Positions 37,978-47,586 are shown, counted from the stretch's first letter. The stretch is DNA of 64,000 nucleotides from an uncultured Bacteroidota bacterium (GCA_963775245.1 CAVZID010000037.1:3175-67174), one strand, 5' to 3'. The notes: generated by a model from the sequence alone, not told the origin. Translations and numbers: made by a program.

Positions 37978-39126
37978 ATGTCTAACAATATTTTTAAAAT
38001 ATCATTTATATTATTTCTTATTTCATTTGCTGCAATAATATTTACTTCATGCAAATCAAATAACAATGAAAGTGTCCCTTCAAGCCAAAGTGATATTTCC
38101 GGAATAAGCCTGCCGCCTGGATTTAAAATTGATATTTATACCGATCAAGTTGAAGGTGCAAGGGAGATGGCTTTGAGTGATAATGACATTCTTTATGTTG
38201 GAACAAGGGGAACTGGCAAAGTCTATGCTGTAATAGATACCAATAAAGATTACAAAGCGGATAAAGTAATCACAATTGCAAGCGGTTTGAATAGCCCGAA
38301 TGGAGTTGCTTTGCGAGATGGGAATTTATATGTAGCTGAAATAAATAAAGTTTCTCGTTATGACAATATTGATGCTAATCTTGATCATGTGCCAGCTCCG
38401 GTTATTGTTAATGACAGTTTCCCAAGCGACCAGCATCATGGCGCAAAGTTTATTGCATTTGGGCCGGATGGTAAACTGTATGTTCCAGTTGGTGCGCCAT
38501 GCAACATTTGTAATAGAGATGACGATCCACGATATGCATCGATTATGCGTATGAATCCGGACGGAAGTGATTTGGAAATATATGCTCACGGTATTAGAAA
38601 CACTGTAGGATTTGATTGGCAGCCAGGAACAAATGAACTTTGGTTTACAGATAATGGAAGAGATTTGATGGGTGACGATATTCCAAACGATGAATTAAAC
38701 TGCGCTCCTAAAAAAGGTTTACACTTTGGTTATCCGTTTGTTCATCAAGGCGATATACTTGATCCCGAATTCGGCAAAGGGAAAAATATTGATGATTATG
38801 TAAAGCCTGTTCAAAAACTTGGCCCGCACGTTGCTTCATTAGGAATGACCTTTTATACCGGGAATATGTTTCCAGCCGAATATAAAAATCAGATATTCAT
38901 TGCCGAGCATGGTTCATGGAATAGAAGTCATAAAATCGGCTACCGTGTTATGGTTGTTAAAATTGATGGAAACAAAGCAGTCGGATATGAGCCTTTTGCG
39001 GAAGGCTGGCTGAAAGGAGAAAATGTTTCAGGAAGGCCGGTAGATGTTTTAGTTATGCATGACGGTTCGTTATTAGTTTCCGATGATTTTAATGGAGTTA
39101 TTTATAGGATTTCTTATGGCGATTAG
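37978..39126 (+). CDS. PQQ-dependent sugar (sorbosone/glucose) dehydrogenase-like beta-propeller lipoprotein
   Basis: It has a lipobox FTSC and the motifs HHGAKFIAFGPDGKLYV, HGIRNTVGFDW, WFTDNGRD and EHGSWNRS, typical of the soluble GDH/sorbosone dehydrogenase family. Confidence 0.8.
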   Translation: MSNNIFKISFILFLISFAAIIFTSCKSNNNESVPSSQSDISGISLPPGFKIDIYTDQVEGAREMALSDNDILYVGTRGTGKVYAVIDTNKDYKADKVITIASGLNSPNGVALRDGNLYVAEINKVSRYDNIDANLDHVPAPVIVNDSFPSDQHHGAKFIAFGPDGKLYVPVGAPCNICNRDDDPRYASIMRMNPDGSDLEIYAHGIRNTVGFDWQPGTNELWFTDNGRDLMGDDIPNDELNCAPKKGLHFGYPFVHQGDILDPEFGKGKNIDDYVKPVQKLGPHVASLGMTFYTGNMFPAEYKNQIFIAEHGSWNRSHKIGYRVMVVKIDGNKAVGYEPFAEGWLKGENVSGRPVDVLVMHDGSLLVSDDFNGVIYRISYGD

Positions 39127-39149
39127 ATTTTTGCTAAGTTCTCCTGTAG

Positions 39150-39176
39150 GAACTTCATTTATGAAGTTCATTTTGG
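39150..39176 (+). terminator. rho-independent terminator candidate after the dehydrogenase gene
   Basis: A perfect 9-bp stem GAACTTCAT-TT-ATGAAGTTC is followed by ATTTTGG. A second, looser hairpin (TGGTTCTA...TAGAACCA, 39174-39217) follows between the convergent genes. Confidence 0.55.
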
Positions 39177-39242
39177 TTCTACAAATTAAAAAGAATGTTT
39201 AGACAAAAATAGAACCACTTTGGAATTTCATAAGTCAAATTC

Positions 39243-39605
39243 TTACAATTGAACTTTTCTTTTATGATAACCTTTTTCATCAAACGGCTGCAATTTATCA
39301 AGCCACATTTCTTTAAGTACATTTAAATCTTCTGTATAATCATAACTCAAATCTTCTTTAGGCTCCAAACTATCTATCACTTCAAAAGAAAATTTTTCTT
39401 CGCCTAATTCGTTATAATCTTTTTGAAGCTTTTCATTCATATAAGTTCCCATCTTTAATTGAAATTTAGCACTGTTTATGCTACCAGGTAAGTTTTTACC
39501 ATTTTCAATAAATATCTTTCCACTCACCAAATTTTTAATTTGAAAAATACCCATAGGTGTTAATGTTTGTTTGTATTGCTTCTTTAATTCTTTTTTATCG
39601 AGCAT
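39243..39605 (-). CDS. small GIY-YIG-like domain protein
   Basis: GIFQIKNLVSGKIFIENGKNL resembles the GIY-(x9-11)-YIG core, and a later ...NEKLQKDYNELGEEKFSFEVI segment fits. The assignment rests on motifs only. Confidence 0.5.
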   Translation of the reverse strand: MLDKKELKKQYKQTLTPMGIFQIKNLVSGKIFIENGKNLPGSINSAKFQLKMGTYMNEKLQKDYNELGEEKFSFEVIDSLEPKEDLSYDYTEDLNVLKEMWLDKLQPFDEKGYHKRKVQL

Positions 39606-39763
39606 ATATATATTCGGTTTAGTACATCTTAGTTTTTATAATTACTCTTTTTAAAAGTTAAGTGCAAAGATAATAAACTAATCATTTAAGCATAATATTT
39701 TGTTTTAAGATTCGTTTGTTCAATACGACACAGAATAGAATGAAATAATTAGATTACGAAATG

Positions 39764-40639
39764 CTACTTACTATCGTTGAAGATTAACTCATACTTCCCC
39801 GCCCAGGTAAAAAATCCCTTATTAACTTTTTCAAGCACATCTAATTGGTATTCTTTCTTTGATCGATTCCAATGAATCTTTTTTAATATTTCAATAAAAT
39901 ATTTTCCCATATCATCGTAAACTTCTGCAACCCGCATTTCAAATACGGATTGGTACCAGGCATAGTTTTCTATTCCAACTCTGTAATAATAATTTTCGAA
40001 TTCCCTTAAAGTTGATTTTGGATGTGATAATTCTTTTGATAATGCTTTAGCGACTCTATACCAAATTTTGCAATCTGTAATCTGTTGCTTCTCTAAAAAG
40101 TAATATGCTATATAAGTTGCTGCAAATTCAAACGTCCATTTATTGGGAAAGTGCAATCCGTATCTTTTAGCATAAATATGCCCTAATTCATGAAGTCCGA
40201 TTAAAGTAATGAACTTAAATACTATCTCATCATTTGTTAATGAAAATTCTTTGTTTAAGTGGTGGTTTATTATTGATTTTTTAATTACTCTTCCAAGCTC
40301 ATTTTCTGAAGAAACAGGGATAATAATTGTATAAGGCGAGCCGGATACAAACGGAAGCCCATAAGGTATATTTGTTAATTTAATCCAATCACTTGAATCA
40401 AGTACAGCAATTAAAAAATCTTCTTTAATCCTAAACTTGCTTTGAAAAAATGCTTTTGCTTTTTCTAATAATGTTTTTACTTCTCCGGCATTCTTTTCAT
40501 GTCCCGTTGAATAATAAGTAATTGCATTTCCTTCAATCGAATTAAGATTAAGTGTTTTAACTTTTTCCGGAAGTGATTGAGTGAAAATAGCTGCCTGGCA
40601 ATAAAATAAAACAACTAAACATATTAAATATTTTTGCAC
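39764..40639 (-). CDS. secreted hypothetical protein with an HExxH zinc-metallopeptidase motif
   Basis: It has a signal peptide and LIGLHELGHIYAKRY. I recognise no specific family. Confidence 0.45.
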   Translation of the reverse strand: MQKYLICLVVLFYCQAAIFTQSLPEKVKTLNLNSIEGNAITYYSTGHEKNAGEVKTLLEKAKAFFQSKFRIKEDFLIAVLDSSDWIKLTNIPYGLPFVSGSPYTIIIPVSSENELGRVIKKSIINHHLNKEFSLTNDEIVFKFITLIGLHELGHIYAKRYGLHFPNKWTFEFAATYIAYYFLEKQQITDCKIWYRVAKALSKELSHPKSTLREFENYYYRVGIENYAWYQSVFEMRVAEVYDDMGKYFIEILKKIHWNRSKKEYQLDVLEKVNKGFFTWAGKYELIFNDSK

Positions 40640-40733
40640 TTACTTTCCCCCTCCTATATTTTAGTATTAAGAAATAGTAATTAACTCAATTATAGCTGAA
40701 ATAAAATTTCCAAAGAGTCTTTTTCAATTTTGA

Positions 40734-41390
40734 CTATGCTGTTTTTATAGACTCGGATTCTTTTTTATTATTAATAAGCAATAAAGTAAATCCAAGAAGT
40801 CCCGCGATAAGTAATCCAATATCTTCATAAACAGATAGCTTTAATGCTGCCATAAAACCTATTAAGGACCATATCAGTGGTAAAATAATCAAGGTTACTT
40901 TAATTTTTTTGTTGATAAATAGCAGCATCCCGAATGTGAATATTGTTGTTGGACAAGGCAAACCAAATGTAGGAGAATATGGATACTGATGACCTAACAT
41001 ATGCCCAAGTACCGGATAGATAACTAATGCATATATTAAGAATAACATTCCCAGATAATTTGAAAATGATTTTTTGAAATTGTATTGAAGTTCTTCTTTT
41101 ACAACTCCGTAATACAAAAAAAGCAGGCTTTGAATAATAAAAATTATTCCAAAGAAATAGGCAGCTTTATTTATTGAAGAGAAAAATAAAACCTGGTAAA
41201 CGATTCCAATCCACAACCATAAAAATGATAACACACCATTTATAATTTTATTTTTAATCTTATAATCTTTAAATAAGATATAAATACAAAATAAGGCTGC
41301 AGTGATAAATAAAATTTGCAATGGAAAAACAGCTTGGTTGTAGGATTTAAAAATATTAAGGAATTCTTCAGTGGTGAATGGTAATTGCAT
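40734..41390 (-). CDS. polytopic membrane protein (DUF6064-like)
   Basis: It has six predicted TM helices. The N-terminal PFTTEEFLNIFKSYNQAVFPLQ resembles the DUF6064 family start, recalled from memory. Confidence 0.45.
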   Translation of the reverse strand: MQLPFTTEEFLNIFKSYNQAVFPLQILFITAALFCIYILFKDYKIKNKIINGVLSFLWLWIGIVYQVLFFSSINKAAYFFGIIFIIQSLLFLYYGVVKEELQYNFKKSFSNYLGMLFLIYALVIYPVLGHMLGHQYPYSPTFGLPCPTTIFTFGMLLFINKKIKVTLIILPLIWSLIGFMAALKLSVYEDIGLLIAGLLGFTLLLINNKKESESIKTA

Positions 41391-41665
41391 AACACCCCCT
41401 TTTCGGATGAATTACATTGTCAAATCAATTAGTTTCTGTTTAAAAAATAAATAAAAAATTAGAGAATGTTAAGTGGATTGCAAATTCTTTCATAAATTCT
41501 TATGTCGTTGAATTTATTTTCTAAATAATTAAATCAAAATTCATCCTTCACACGTCTAAATATTTTTAATTAAAATATTCTACAACTCGTTTTATGTATT
41601 TTAAATAACTAAAAAAGTAAATAATTTTGCGGTAATTTTTTCTACTAATTAAACAAAGGTAAATC

Positions 41666-43710
41666 ATGTTCAAAGGAACCATATTACTCATGTTTATTTT
41701 GAGTACTTCATTTGTTTTTTTTTCGTGTTCACAAAAAAATTCGGAGGTGAAAGATAAAGGATTGGATTTAACAAACATTGACTCTACTGTGAGTCCCGCA
41801 AAAGATTTTTATGATTATGCTGTTGGTAACTGGGTAAAAAATAATAAGATACCAGATGAGTATAGCCGCTGGGGCAGCTTTGAACTTTTAGCTGAACAAA
41901 ATTACAAAGTACTTCATAATATTTTAGATTCTGCTGCAAATAACAAAGAGGCTAAACCAAGCAGTAATATTTATAAAGTTGGAATGTTTTATTCCTTAGG
42001 AATGGATACAGTAAAAATTGAAAAACAAGGTTATTCAACTATAAAAGATGAACTTGATCTGGTTGATGCAGTTAAAAATAAAGACGACTTATATAAGGAA
42101 CTAGCTCATATTCATTTAAATGTTGGTGCTCCATTTTTTAATTTCGGCTCAACTCCAGATGAGAAAAATAGTGATATGACTATAACCGGTTTAGGCCAGG
42201 GCGGATTAGGTTTGCCTGATAAAGATTACTATTTGAAAAATGATGCTCACTCAAAAGAAGTGAGGCTAAAATACCATCAACACATAACCAATATGTTTAA
42301 GCTGATTGGTTATACAGAAACTGATGCTAAAAAGTCAGCAAACGAAATTATGAAAATTGAAACAGAACTAGCTAAAGCTTCAAGATCAAGAGTTGAATTA
42401 AGAAATCCGGAAAAGAATTATAACAAAATGAAACTTTCCGGTTTGGAAAAAGTAGCGCCTCAATTTGACTGGCCTGTATTTTTTAAACTGGTTAACCTCT
42501 CTAATCCGGGAGATATTGATGTAGGCCAACCTGAATTTTTTACTGCGGTTGGAAAAGTTGTCAGTAAAACTCCAATTGAAGATTTAAAGACATATTTGAA
42601 ATGGAATGTCTTAAGAGGACTTGCTCCGTATTTAAGCAGTAATTTTGTAAATGAAAGATTTGATTTTTATAGTAAATACTTAAATGGAGCTAAGGCCATG
42701 GAGCCGCGATGGAAAATGGTTATGAAATCAGTTAATGGTTCTTTAGGTGAAGCGCTTGGCGAGTTATATGTAAAAGAAACATTTCCCCCAGAAGCAAAAG
42801 CAAGAGCATTGAAGATTGTAAAGAGTCTTGTTGATGCAATGAAAGAAAGAATTGAAAACGTTGATTGGATGAGTGACACAACTAAAAAGAAAGCTCTTGA
42901 GAAGCTCTCTAAGCTTACAGTAAAAATCGGATATCCGGATAAATGGAAAGACTATTCAAAGTTGGATATTAAAAATGATTCTTATGTTGAAAATGGAATT
43001 AGAGCATCACATTTTGAATTTGAGCGCGACCTTGCTAAAATCGGAAAACCGGTTGACAAAACTGAATGGCATATGACTCCGCAAACTGTAAATGCTTATT
43101 ACAACCCTGTAAATAATGAAATTGTATTTCCTGCCGCTATCCTGCAGCCTCCATTTCTTCAATCAAAATGCAGACGATGCTGTTAATTACGGAGCAATGG
43201 GCGCTGTAATCGGACACGAAATTACTCATGGGTTTGATGACCAAGGCAGACACTATGATGCTAATGGAAATCTAACTGATTGGTGGACAAAACAGGATGC
43301 AGAAAAATTCAGTAAACGAGCAGATGGCTTGGTAAAACAATTTGACAGCTATAATCCGGTAGATACAATGCATATAAACGGCAGATTAACCTTAGGTGAA
43401 AACATTGCTGATCTTGGCGGACTCACAGTTTCATTTACTGCATTCAAAAAAACTGATGAGTATAAAGAGAATAAAAAGATAGATGGATTTACTCCGGCTC
43501 AAAGATTTTTCTTATCCTGGGCCCAAGTTTGGAGAAATATTATTCGTGATAAAGATCTTAATGTTGAGATTAAAAACTGATCCACACTCACCAAATAAAG
43601 AAAGAGTAAACGGGCCATTCAGTAATTTGGCTCCATTCTGGAAGGCATTCAATGTAAAAGAAGGAGACCCAATGAGAAGGCCGGATAGTGAAGTTGTAAA
43701 GATCTGGTAA
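41666..43710 (+). pseudogene. pepO: M13-family zinc metallopeptidase (PepO/neprilysin-like) interrupted by two frameshifts
   Basis: Three consecutive ORFs in frames 2, 0 and 1 together read as one M13 peptidase: a lipoprotein leader, NAYYNPVNNEIVFPAAILQPPF | FNQNADDAVNYGAMGAVIGHEITHGFDDQG ... GENIADLGG ... WAQVWRN | TDPHSPNKERVNGPFSNLAPFWKAF...KIW. Confidence 0.9.
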
Positions 43711-43732
43711 AGCAAAATTAATTATTTATATC

Positions 43733-43767
43733 AAAGCCTCCGGAACTTAATCCGGAGGCTTTTTTTA
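43733..43767 (+). terminator. rho-independent terminator of the M13 peptidase gene
   Basis: A 10-bp GC-rich stem AGCCTCCGGA-ACTTAA-TCCGGAGGCT is followed by T7. Confidence 0.85.
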
Positions 43768-43781
43768 TGATTATTTGTTGT

Positions 43782-43831
43782 CACTAATTTCACAAATCAC
43801 ACTAATTTAATTCGTGCAAATTTGTGAAATT
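43782..43831. promoter_or_regulatory. operator-like repeat cluster upstream of cydA
   Basis: A perfect 12-bp inverted repeat, AATTTCACAAAT (43786-43797) and ATTTGTGAAATT (43820-43831), is separated by 22 nt. A 9-bp direct repeat CACTAATTT occurs at 43782 and 43800. Confidence 0.4.
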
Positions 43832-43972
43832 CGTAGCCAGCTATTTTTCGTCTAAAATATAATTAGTTCATATTGTTATTTTATTTATATCACAACTTAT
43901 TCTGCGAACATTAAACAAATATTTTATAGTTTAGTACTACTAAATCTTAAAATTTATTTCTTATAACTGATT

Positions 43973-45277
43973 ATGGACAATCTTCTCGCTGCCCGTTCTA
44001 CAATGGCTTTATCTCTGGGCTTTCACATTATCTTCGCCTGCATTGGAATGACCATGCCTTTCTTGATGGTAGTTTCACATTGGCTTTATTTAAAACGAAA
44101 AGATGAAATTTATTTGAAGCTTACAAAAACCTGGTCGAAAGGAGTTGCCATATTTTTTGCAATTGGGGCCGTGTCTGGTACTGCACTTTCCTTCGAACTT
44201 GGAATTTTATGGCCTGGATTTATGAAATATGCCGGAGCAATTATCGGAATGCCTTTTAGCTGGGAAGGAACTGCATTCTTTGTTGAAGCAATTTGTATTG
44301 GATTATTTCTTTATGGATGGAATAAATTAAATCCGTATGTCCATTGGTTCGCCGGATTAATGGTTGGAATTTCAGGAGTGCTTTCAGGAATATTTGTAGT
44401 TGCAGCAAATGCCTGGATGAATGCCCCAGCCGGATTCGATTGGGTAAATGGAAAAGCTATTAACATTGATCCCTTTGCCGCAATGTTTAATCCTGCTTGG
44501 GTTAGTCAAACTTCGCACATGATAATTGCAGCATTCGAAGCTACTGCGTTTGCTGTTGCCGGGCTTCATGCATTTTTACTTTTGAAAGGAAAGAATACTT
44601 CGATTCATAAAATGGCTATGATAATTGCTTTGTCAATCGGAAGTATTGCGGCTATTATTCAGCCTCTAAGCGGCGACCATTCGGCAAAGGATGTTGCCAA
44701 AAGACAGCCAATTAAACTTGCAGCCATGGAAGGATTATTTCATACAGAAAGCGGCGCAGGTTTAACCATCGGCGGTATTCCAAATGAAAAGGAACGAACT
44801 ACAAAATTCGGTTTAACAATTCCAAAAGGATTAAGCTTTTTAGCTTATGGAGATTTTAATGCCGAGGTAAAAGGATTAAATGATTTCCCGGAAGAAAATT
44901 GGCCGCCGGTTGCACCGACACATATTGCTTTTCAAATTATGGTTGGATGCGGTACCCTTTTAGCTTTAGCAGGAGTTTTATTCTGGGTGATTCGCTACAA
45001 ATGGAAAGATGTTTTGTTGAATAAAAAGTTTTTAACTTTCATTGCCCTAATCGGACCATTAGGATTTGTTGCTGTTGAAGCCGGTTGGATTGTAACCGAA
45101 GTTGGAAGGCAGCCCTGGATAATTTATAATATTATGAGAACGGCTCAAGCTGTTTCACCCGTGCCCGGACAAATTTTTCATTTTACACTTTTTGCAATTT
45201 CATATTTGGTTTTATGCTTTGCTGCTTATTGGTTAATGAAAAGACAAATAATAAAATTGGACGAAGAAGAGTTTTGA
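43973..45277 (+). CDS. cydA: cytochrome bd-type quinol oxidase subunit I (short Q-loop form)
   Basis: The N-terminus LAARSTMALSLGFHIIFACIGM, the GVAIFFAIGAVSGT and EAGWIVTEVGRQPW motifs are canonical CydA. Confidence 0.9.
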   Translation: MDNLLAARSTMALSLGFHIIFACIGMTMPFLMVVSHWLYLKRKDEIYLKLTKTWSKGVAIFFAIGAVSGTALSFELGILWPGFMKYAGAIIGMPFSWEGTAFFVEAICIGLFLYGWNKLNPYVHWFAGLMVGISGVLSGIFVVAANAWMNAPAGFDWVNGKAINIDPFAAMFNPAWVSQTSHMIIAAFEATAFAVAGLHAFLLLKGKNTSIHKMAMIIALSIGSIAAIIQPLSGDHSAKDVAKRQPIKLAAMEGLFHTESGAGLTIGGIPNEKERTTKFGLTIPKGLSFLAYGDFNAEVKGLNDFPEENWPPVAPTHIAFQIMVGCGTLLALAGVLFWVIRYKWKDVLLNKKFLTFIALIGPLGFVAVEAGWIVTEVGRQPWIIYNIMRTAQAVSPVPGQIFHFTLFAISYLVLCFAAYWLMKRQIIKLDEEEF

Positions 45278-45311
45278 AATTAGTAACTGATGTTACGCTA
45301 AACAATTAGTT

Positions 45312-45349
45312 ATAAACCCAGTTTCATTAAGAAACTGAGTTTATTTAGG
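45312..45349. repeat. second copy of the AAACCCAGTTTC...GAAACTG(A/G)GTTT hairpin, located inside the cydA-cydB spacer
   Basis: ATAAACCCAGTTTCATTAAGAAACTGAGTTTATTTAGG is about 90% identical to 14145-14182. It looks like a terminator, with a T-rich tail. Confidence 0.6.
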
Positions 45350-45403
45350 CTCTTGCGTAAGGTAACTTAATACGATAATAGCTTCGAGTTTTTTGGAAAA
45401 CTA

Positions 45404-45432
45404 TTGACATAATTATTACTGAGTAATACAAT
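45404..45432 (+). promoter_or_regulatory. sigma70-consensus-like promoter candidate in front of cydB
   Basis: TTGACA (45404-45409), an exact 17-nt spacer and TACAAT (45427-45432) lie 69 nt upstream of the cydB ATG. Confidence 0.4.
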
Positions 45433-45500
45433 ATGATTAAACTTCGAAGTTCTGAATTTAAACAATTTGACTTTTTAATTTTGAATTTTGACTTAACACC

Positions 45501-46508
45501 ATGCTTTACGTAGTAATTATATTTTTGTTAGTTTCTGTTTATCTTTATTGCTTATTAGGCGGTGCAGACTTTGGTGCCGGAATAATTGAACTAACATCCC
45601 GAGGTGAAAATAAAATACGAATCCGAAAAATAGTAAGTGATTCGATGGCGCCAATATGGGAAGCAAACCACATGTGGTTAATAATCACTGTAGTTATATT
45701 GTTTAATGCTTTCCCTCCAATTTACAGCCAGATTTCTATTTCACTTTATATTCCTTTAATACTTTTATTGTTTGGAATTATTTTAAGAGGAACAGCTTTC
45801 ACCTTTCGTCATTACGATGCAATAAAAGATTCATCGCAGGAAGTCTATTCAAGATTTTTTCAAATCTCCAGCTTGCTCGTCCCGTTCTTCTTCGGATTGT
45901 TAATAGGAGCCTTAGTTTCTGGAAGAATATATGTAAACCCTCATGGATTTTTTGAAGGATACATTTTACCCTGGCTAAATCCATTTTCAATTTCTATTGG
46001 AATTTTTATTGTATCCTTGTTTGCATTTATTGCTGCTGTATTTTTAATTGGCGATTCAACCAATGAACAGCTCAGAAAAATATTTATTCAAAAAGCCAAG
46101 GCAGCAAACCTTCTAACAGTAATTAGCGGTGGACTTGTATTTTTATCTTCTGCTGTTTTTTCCAATAATGGTTTTGCAAAGAATTTTTTCAGTCATCCAA
46201 TAAGTATAGGCTTCATTGTCATCGCTACAATTATACTTCCGTTTTTATGGAAGGTTCTGGAAAAAGGATTCACCTGGCGCACGCGAATACTTGCCGGGGC
46301 AGAGTTGCTTTTTATTCTTGCAGCTTTTTATGCGGTTTACTTCCCTACCATAGTTATTATCAGTGATGCTGATAATTTAACTTTGCTTAACAGTGCAGCA
46401 AATGAATTGACTTTATCTTACCTCGGCTGGGCTTTGATTCTCGGCTCACTAATAATTTTTCCTGCTTTATTTTATTTATTGAAAGTTTTTAAGCTTGGTA
46501 AAAATTAA
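45501..46508 (+). CDS. cydB: cytochrome bd-type quinol oxidase subunit II
   Basis: This 335-aa polytopic protein has the N-terminal LLGGADFGAGI motif and sits next to cydA. Confidence 0.85.
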   Translation: MLYVVIIFLLVSVYLYCLLGGADFGAGIIELTSRGENKIRIRKIVSDSMAPIWEANHMWLIITVVILFNAFPPIYSQISISLYIPLILLLFGIILRGTAFTFRHYDAIKDSSQEVYSRFFQISSLLVPFFFGLLIGALVSGRIYVNPHGFFEGYILPWLNPFSISIGIFIVSLFAFIAAVFLIGDSTNEQLRKIFIQKAKAANLLTVISGGLVFLSSAVFSNNGFAKNFFSHPISIGFIVIATIILPFLWKVLEKGFTWRTRILAGAELLFILAAFYAVYFPTIVIISDADNLTLLNSAANELTLSYLGWALILGSLIIFPALFYLLKVFKLGKN

Positions 46509-46518
46509 AGTAAGTTTC

Positions 46519-46552
46519 ACAAACCCAATTTCTCAAAAAAATTTGGTTTGTT
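46519..46552. terminator. hairpin between convergent cydB and gldC (bidirectional terminator candidate)
   Basis: ACAAACCCAATTT-CTCAAAAAA-ATTTGGTTTGT forms a stem with one bulge and has T-rich sequence on both sides. Confidence 0.5.
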
Positions 46553-46566
46553 GTTTATAACTAAAT

Positions 46567-46914
46567 CTACTTTTTCATCCCTTTCACGAGTTCCAGTTTA
46601 GCTGCAAACTCATTAGCAAAATTTCTTATTGTTTTTGCTACATCATTATTTTGAGTAGCACGGAAATAAGTATCTGCCATCTTTAAAAATGTTTGATGAA
46701 AATGAACATTCATATCATTCACAAGCATTTTTTTTGTCCAAAGATTGATTGCTAATGTAACTTTGTCTTCCTTATCCCAGAGAGAAAGCAGTATTGAACT
46801 GCATTCTTTCTTACCCTTGAAGTCTGCATCATCAGCTTCCCACTCAATTTTAGAAGGCATTTTTGTTTCATCAAGCTCTACAGTAAATTTTATTTCTGAT
46901 TTTTTACCTGGCAT
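46567..46914 (-). CDS. gldC: gliding-motility-associated protein GldC
   Basis: The 115-aa protein reads SEIKFTVELDETKMPSKIEWEADD...LWTKKM...FHQTFLKMADTYFRAT...FAAKLEL, which matches the GldC family pattern. Confidence 0.8.
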   Translation of the reverse strand: MPGKKSEIKFTVELDETKMPSKIEWEADDADFKGKKECSSILLSLWDKEDKVTLAINLWTKKMLVNDMNVHFHQTFLKMADTYFRATQNNDVAKTIRNFANEFAAKLELVKGMKK

Positions 46915-47000
46915 GGTTATCCCTTTAATATTTTATTCTATAACTCAAAATTTTTTATTCTAAGTTTAATGAAATTATTTTAAAAATATTTAAACTCAGA

Positions 47001-47100
47001 TTGTCATTTCGAACAAGTCATCAAGTGAGAAATCTTCTATATTTTGTAAAAAAGATTTCTCCCTCCGCCCGCCTACCGGCAGGCAGGGTCGAAATGACAA
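47001..47100. repeat. 100-nt nested palindromic element (REP/MITE-like, GTCATTTCGA...TCGAAATGAC class)
   Basis: The outer arms TTGTCATTTCGA (47001-47012) and TCGAAATGACAA (47089-47100) are perfect, as are the inner arms GAGAAATCTT (47027-47036) and AAGATTTCTC (47052-47061). The right arm carries an extra GC-rich segment CCTCCGCCCGCCTACCGGCAGGCAGG. Confidence 0.7.
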
Positions 47101-47164
47101 ATGTGATTGTTTCATAGTACAAAGAAGCCAAACGTTAACATAGTTTAAAATATAAATCTTTTTT

Positions 47165-47521
47165 CTAATACTTATGATAAACAGCAAATTTATTTTTAAC
47201 AATCTCATCATTAACATTTATATAATTACCGCCGCCGGTGTCCAGCCAGATTTCACCTAGATAGCGGCCGTACTTTCCTTTTTTGTCTTTTATAGTTTCC
47301 AAAACAATTTGTTTATTTAAGATTAAGCCTCGTAAATAATCACGTGAAAGTGTTCCTTTAGGTTTTTCCGGCCCTCTCATCTCCGGTGCATTGATACGGT
47401 TTAATCTTATTTTTTCTCCCTTTGCCCAGACGCTCAGTCCAAGGTCAATATCAACTGTGATTGTATCGCCGTCATAAACGGCAATCACATTGGCGGTATA
47501 ATGATATAGTGTTTGTTGCAT
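47165..47521 (-). CDS. thermonuclease (staphylococcal nuclease, SNase-like) family protein
   Basis: VYDGDTITVD...IRLNRINAPEMRG...GKYGRYLGEIW is the SNase OB-fold signature. Confidence 0.8.
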   Translation of the reverse strand: MQQTLYHYTANVIAVYDGDTITVDIDLGLSVWAKGEKIRLNRINAPEMRGPEKPKGTLSRDYLRGLILNKQIVLETIKDKKGKYGRYLGEIWLDTGGGNYINVNDEIVKNKFAVYHKY

Positions 47522-47586
47522 AAAACACCTTTATATTTGGGTAAATAAATTATAATTAGTTGTTTAGCAATGATAACGGAATATAA

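Noticed and set aside
45433-45513. 26-codon ORF (MIKLRSSEFKQFDFLILNFDLTPCFT) overlapping the cydB start, considered as a CydX-like small subunit
   Set aside because: It is not hydrophobic, unlike CydX/CydS-type single-TM peptides, and it has no SD. It overlaps cydB out of frame.
46996-47217. 73-codon minus-strand ORF between gldC and the nuclease gene
   Set aside because: It is generated by the palindromic REP/MITE-like element at 47001-47100, and its PAGRQGRNDK-type translation is typical of such repeats. It also overlaps the 3' end of the nuclease gene.
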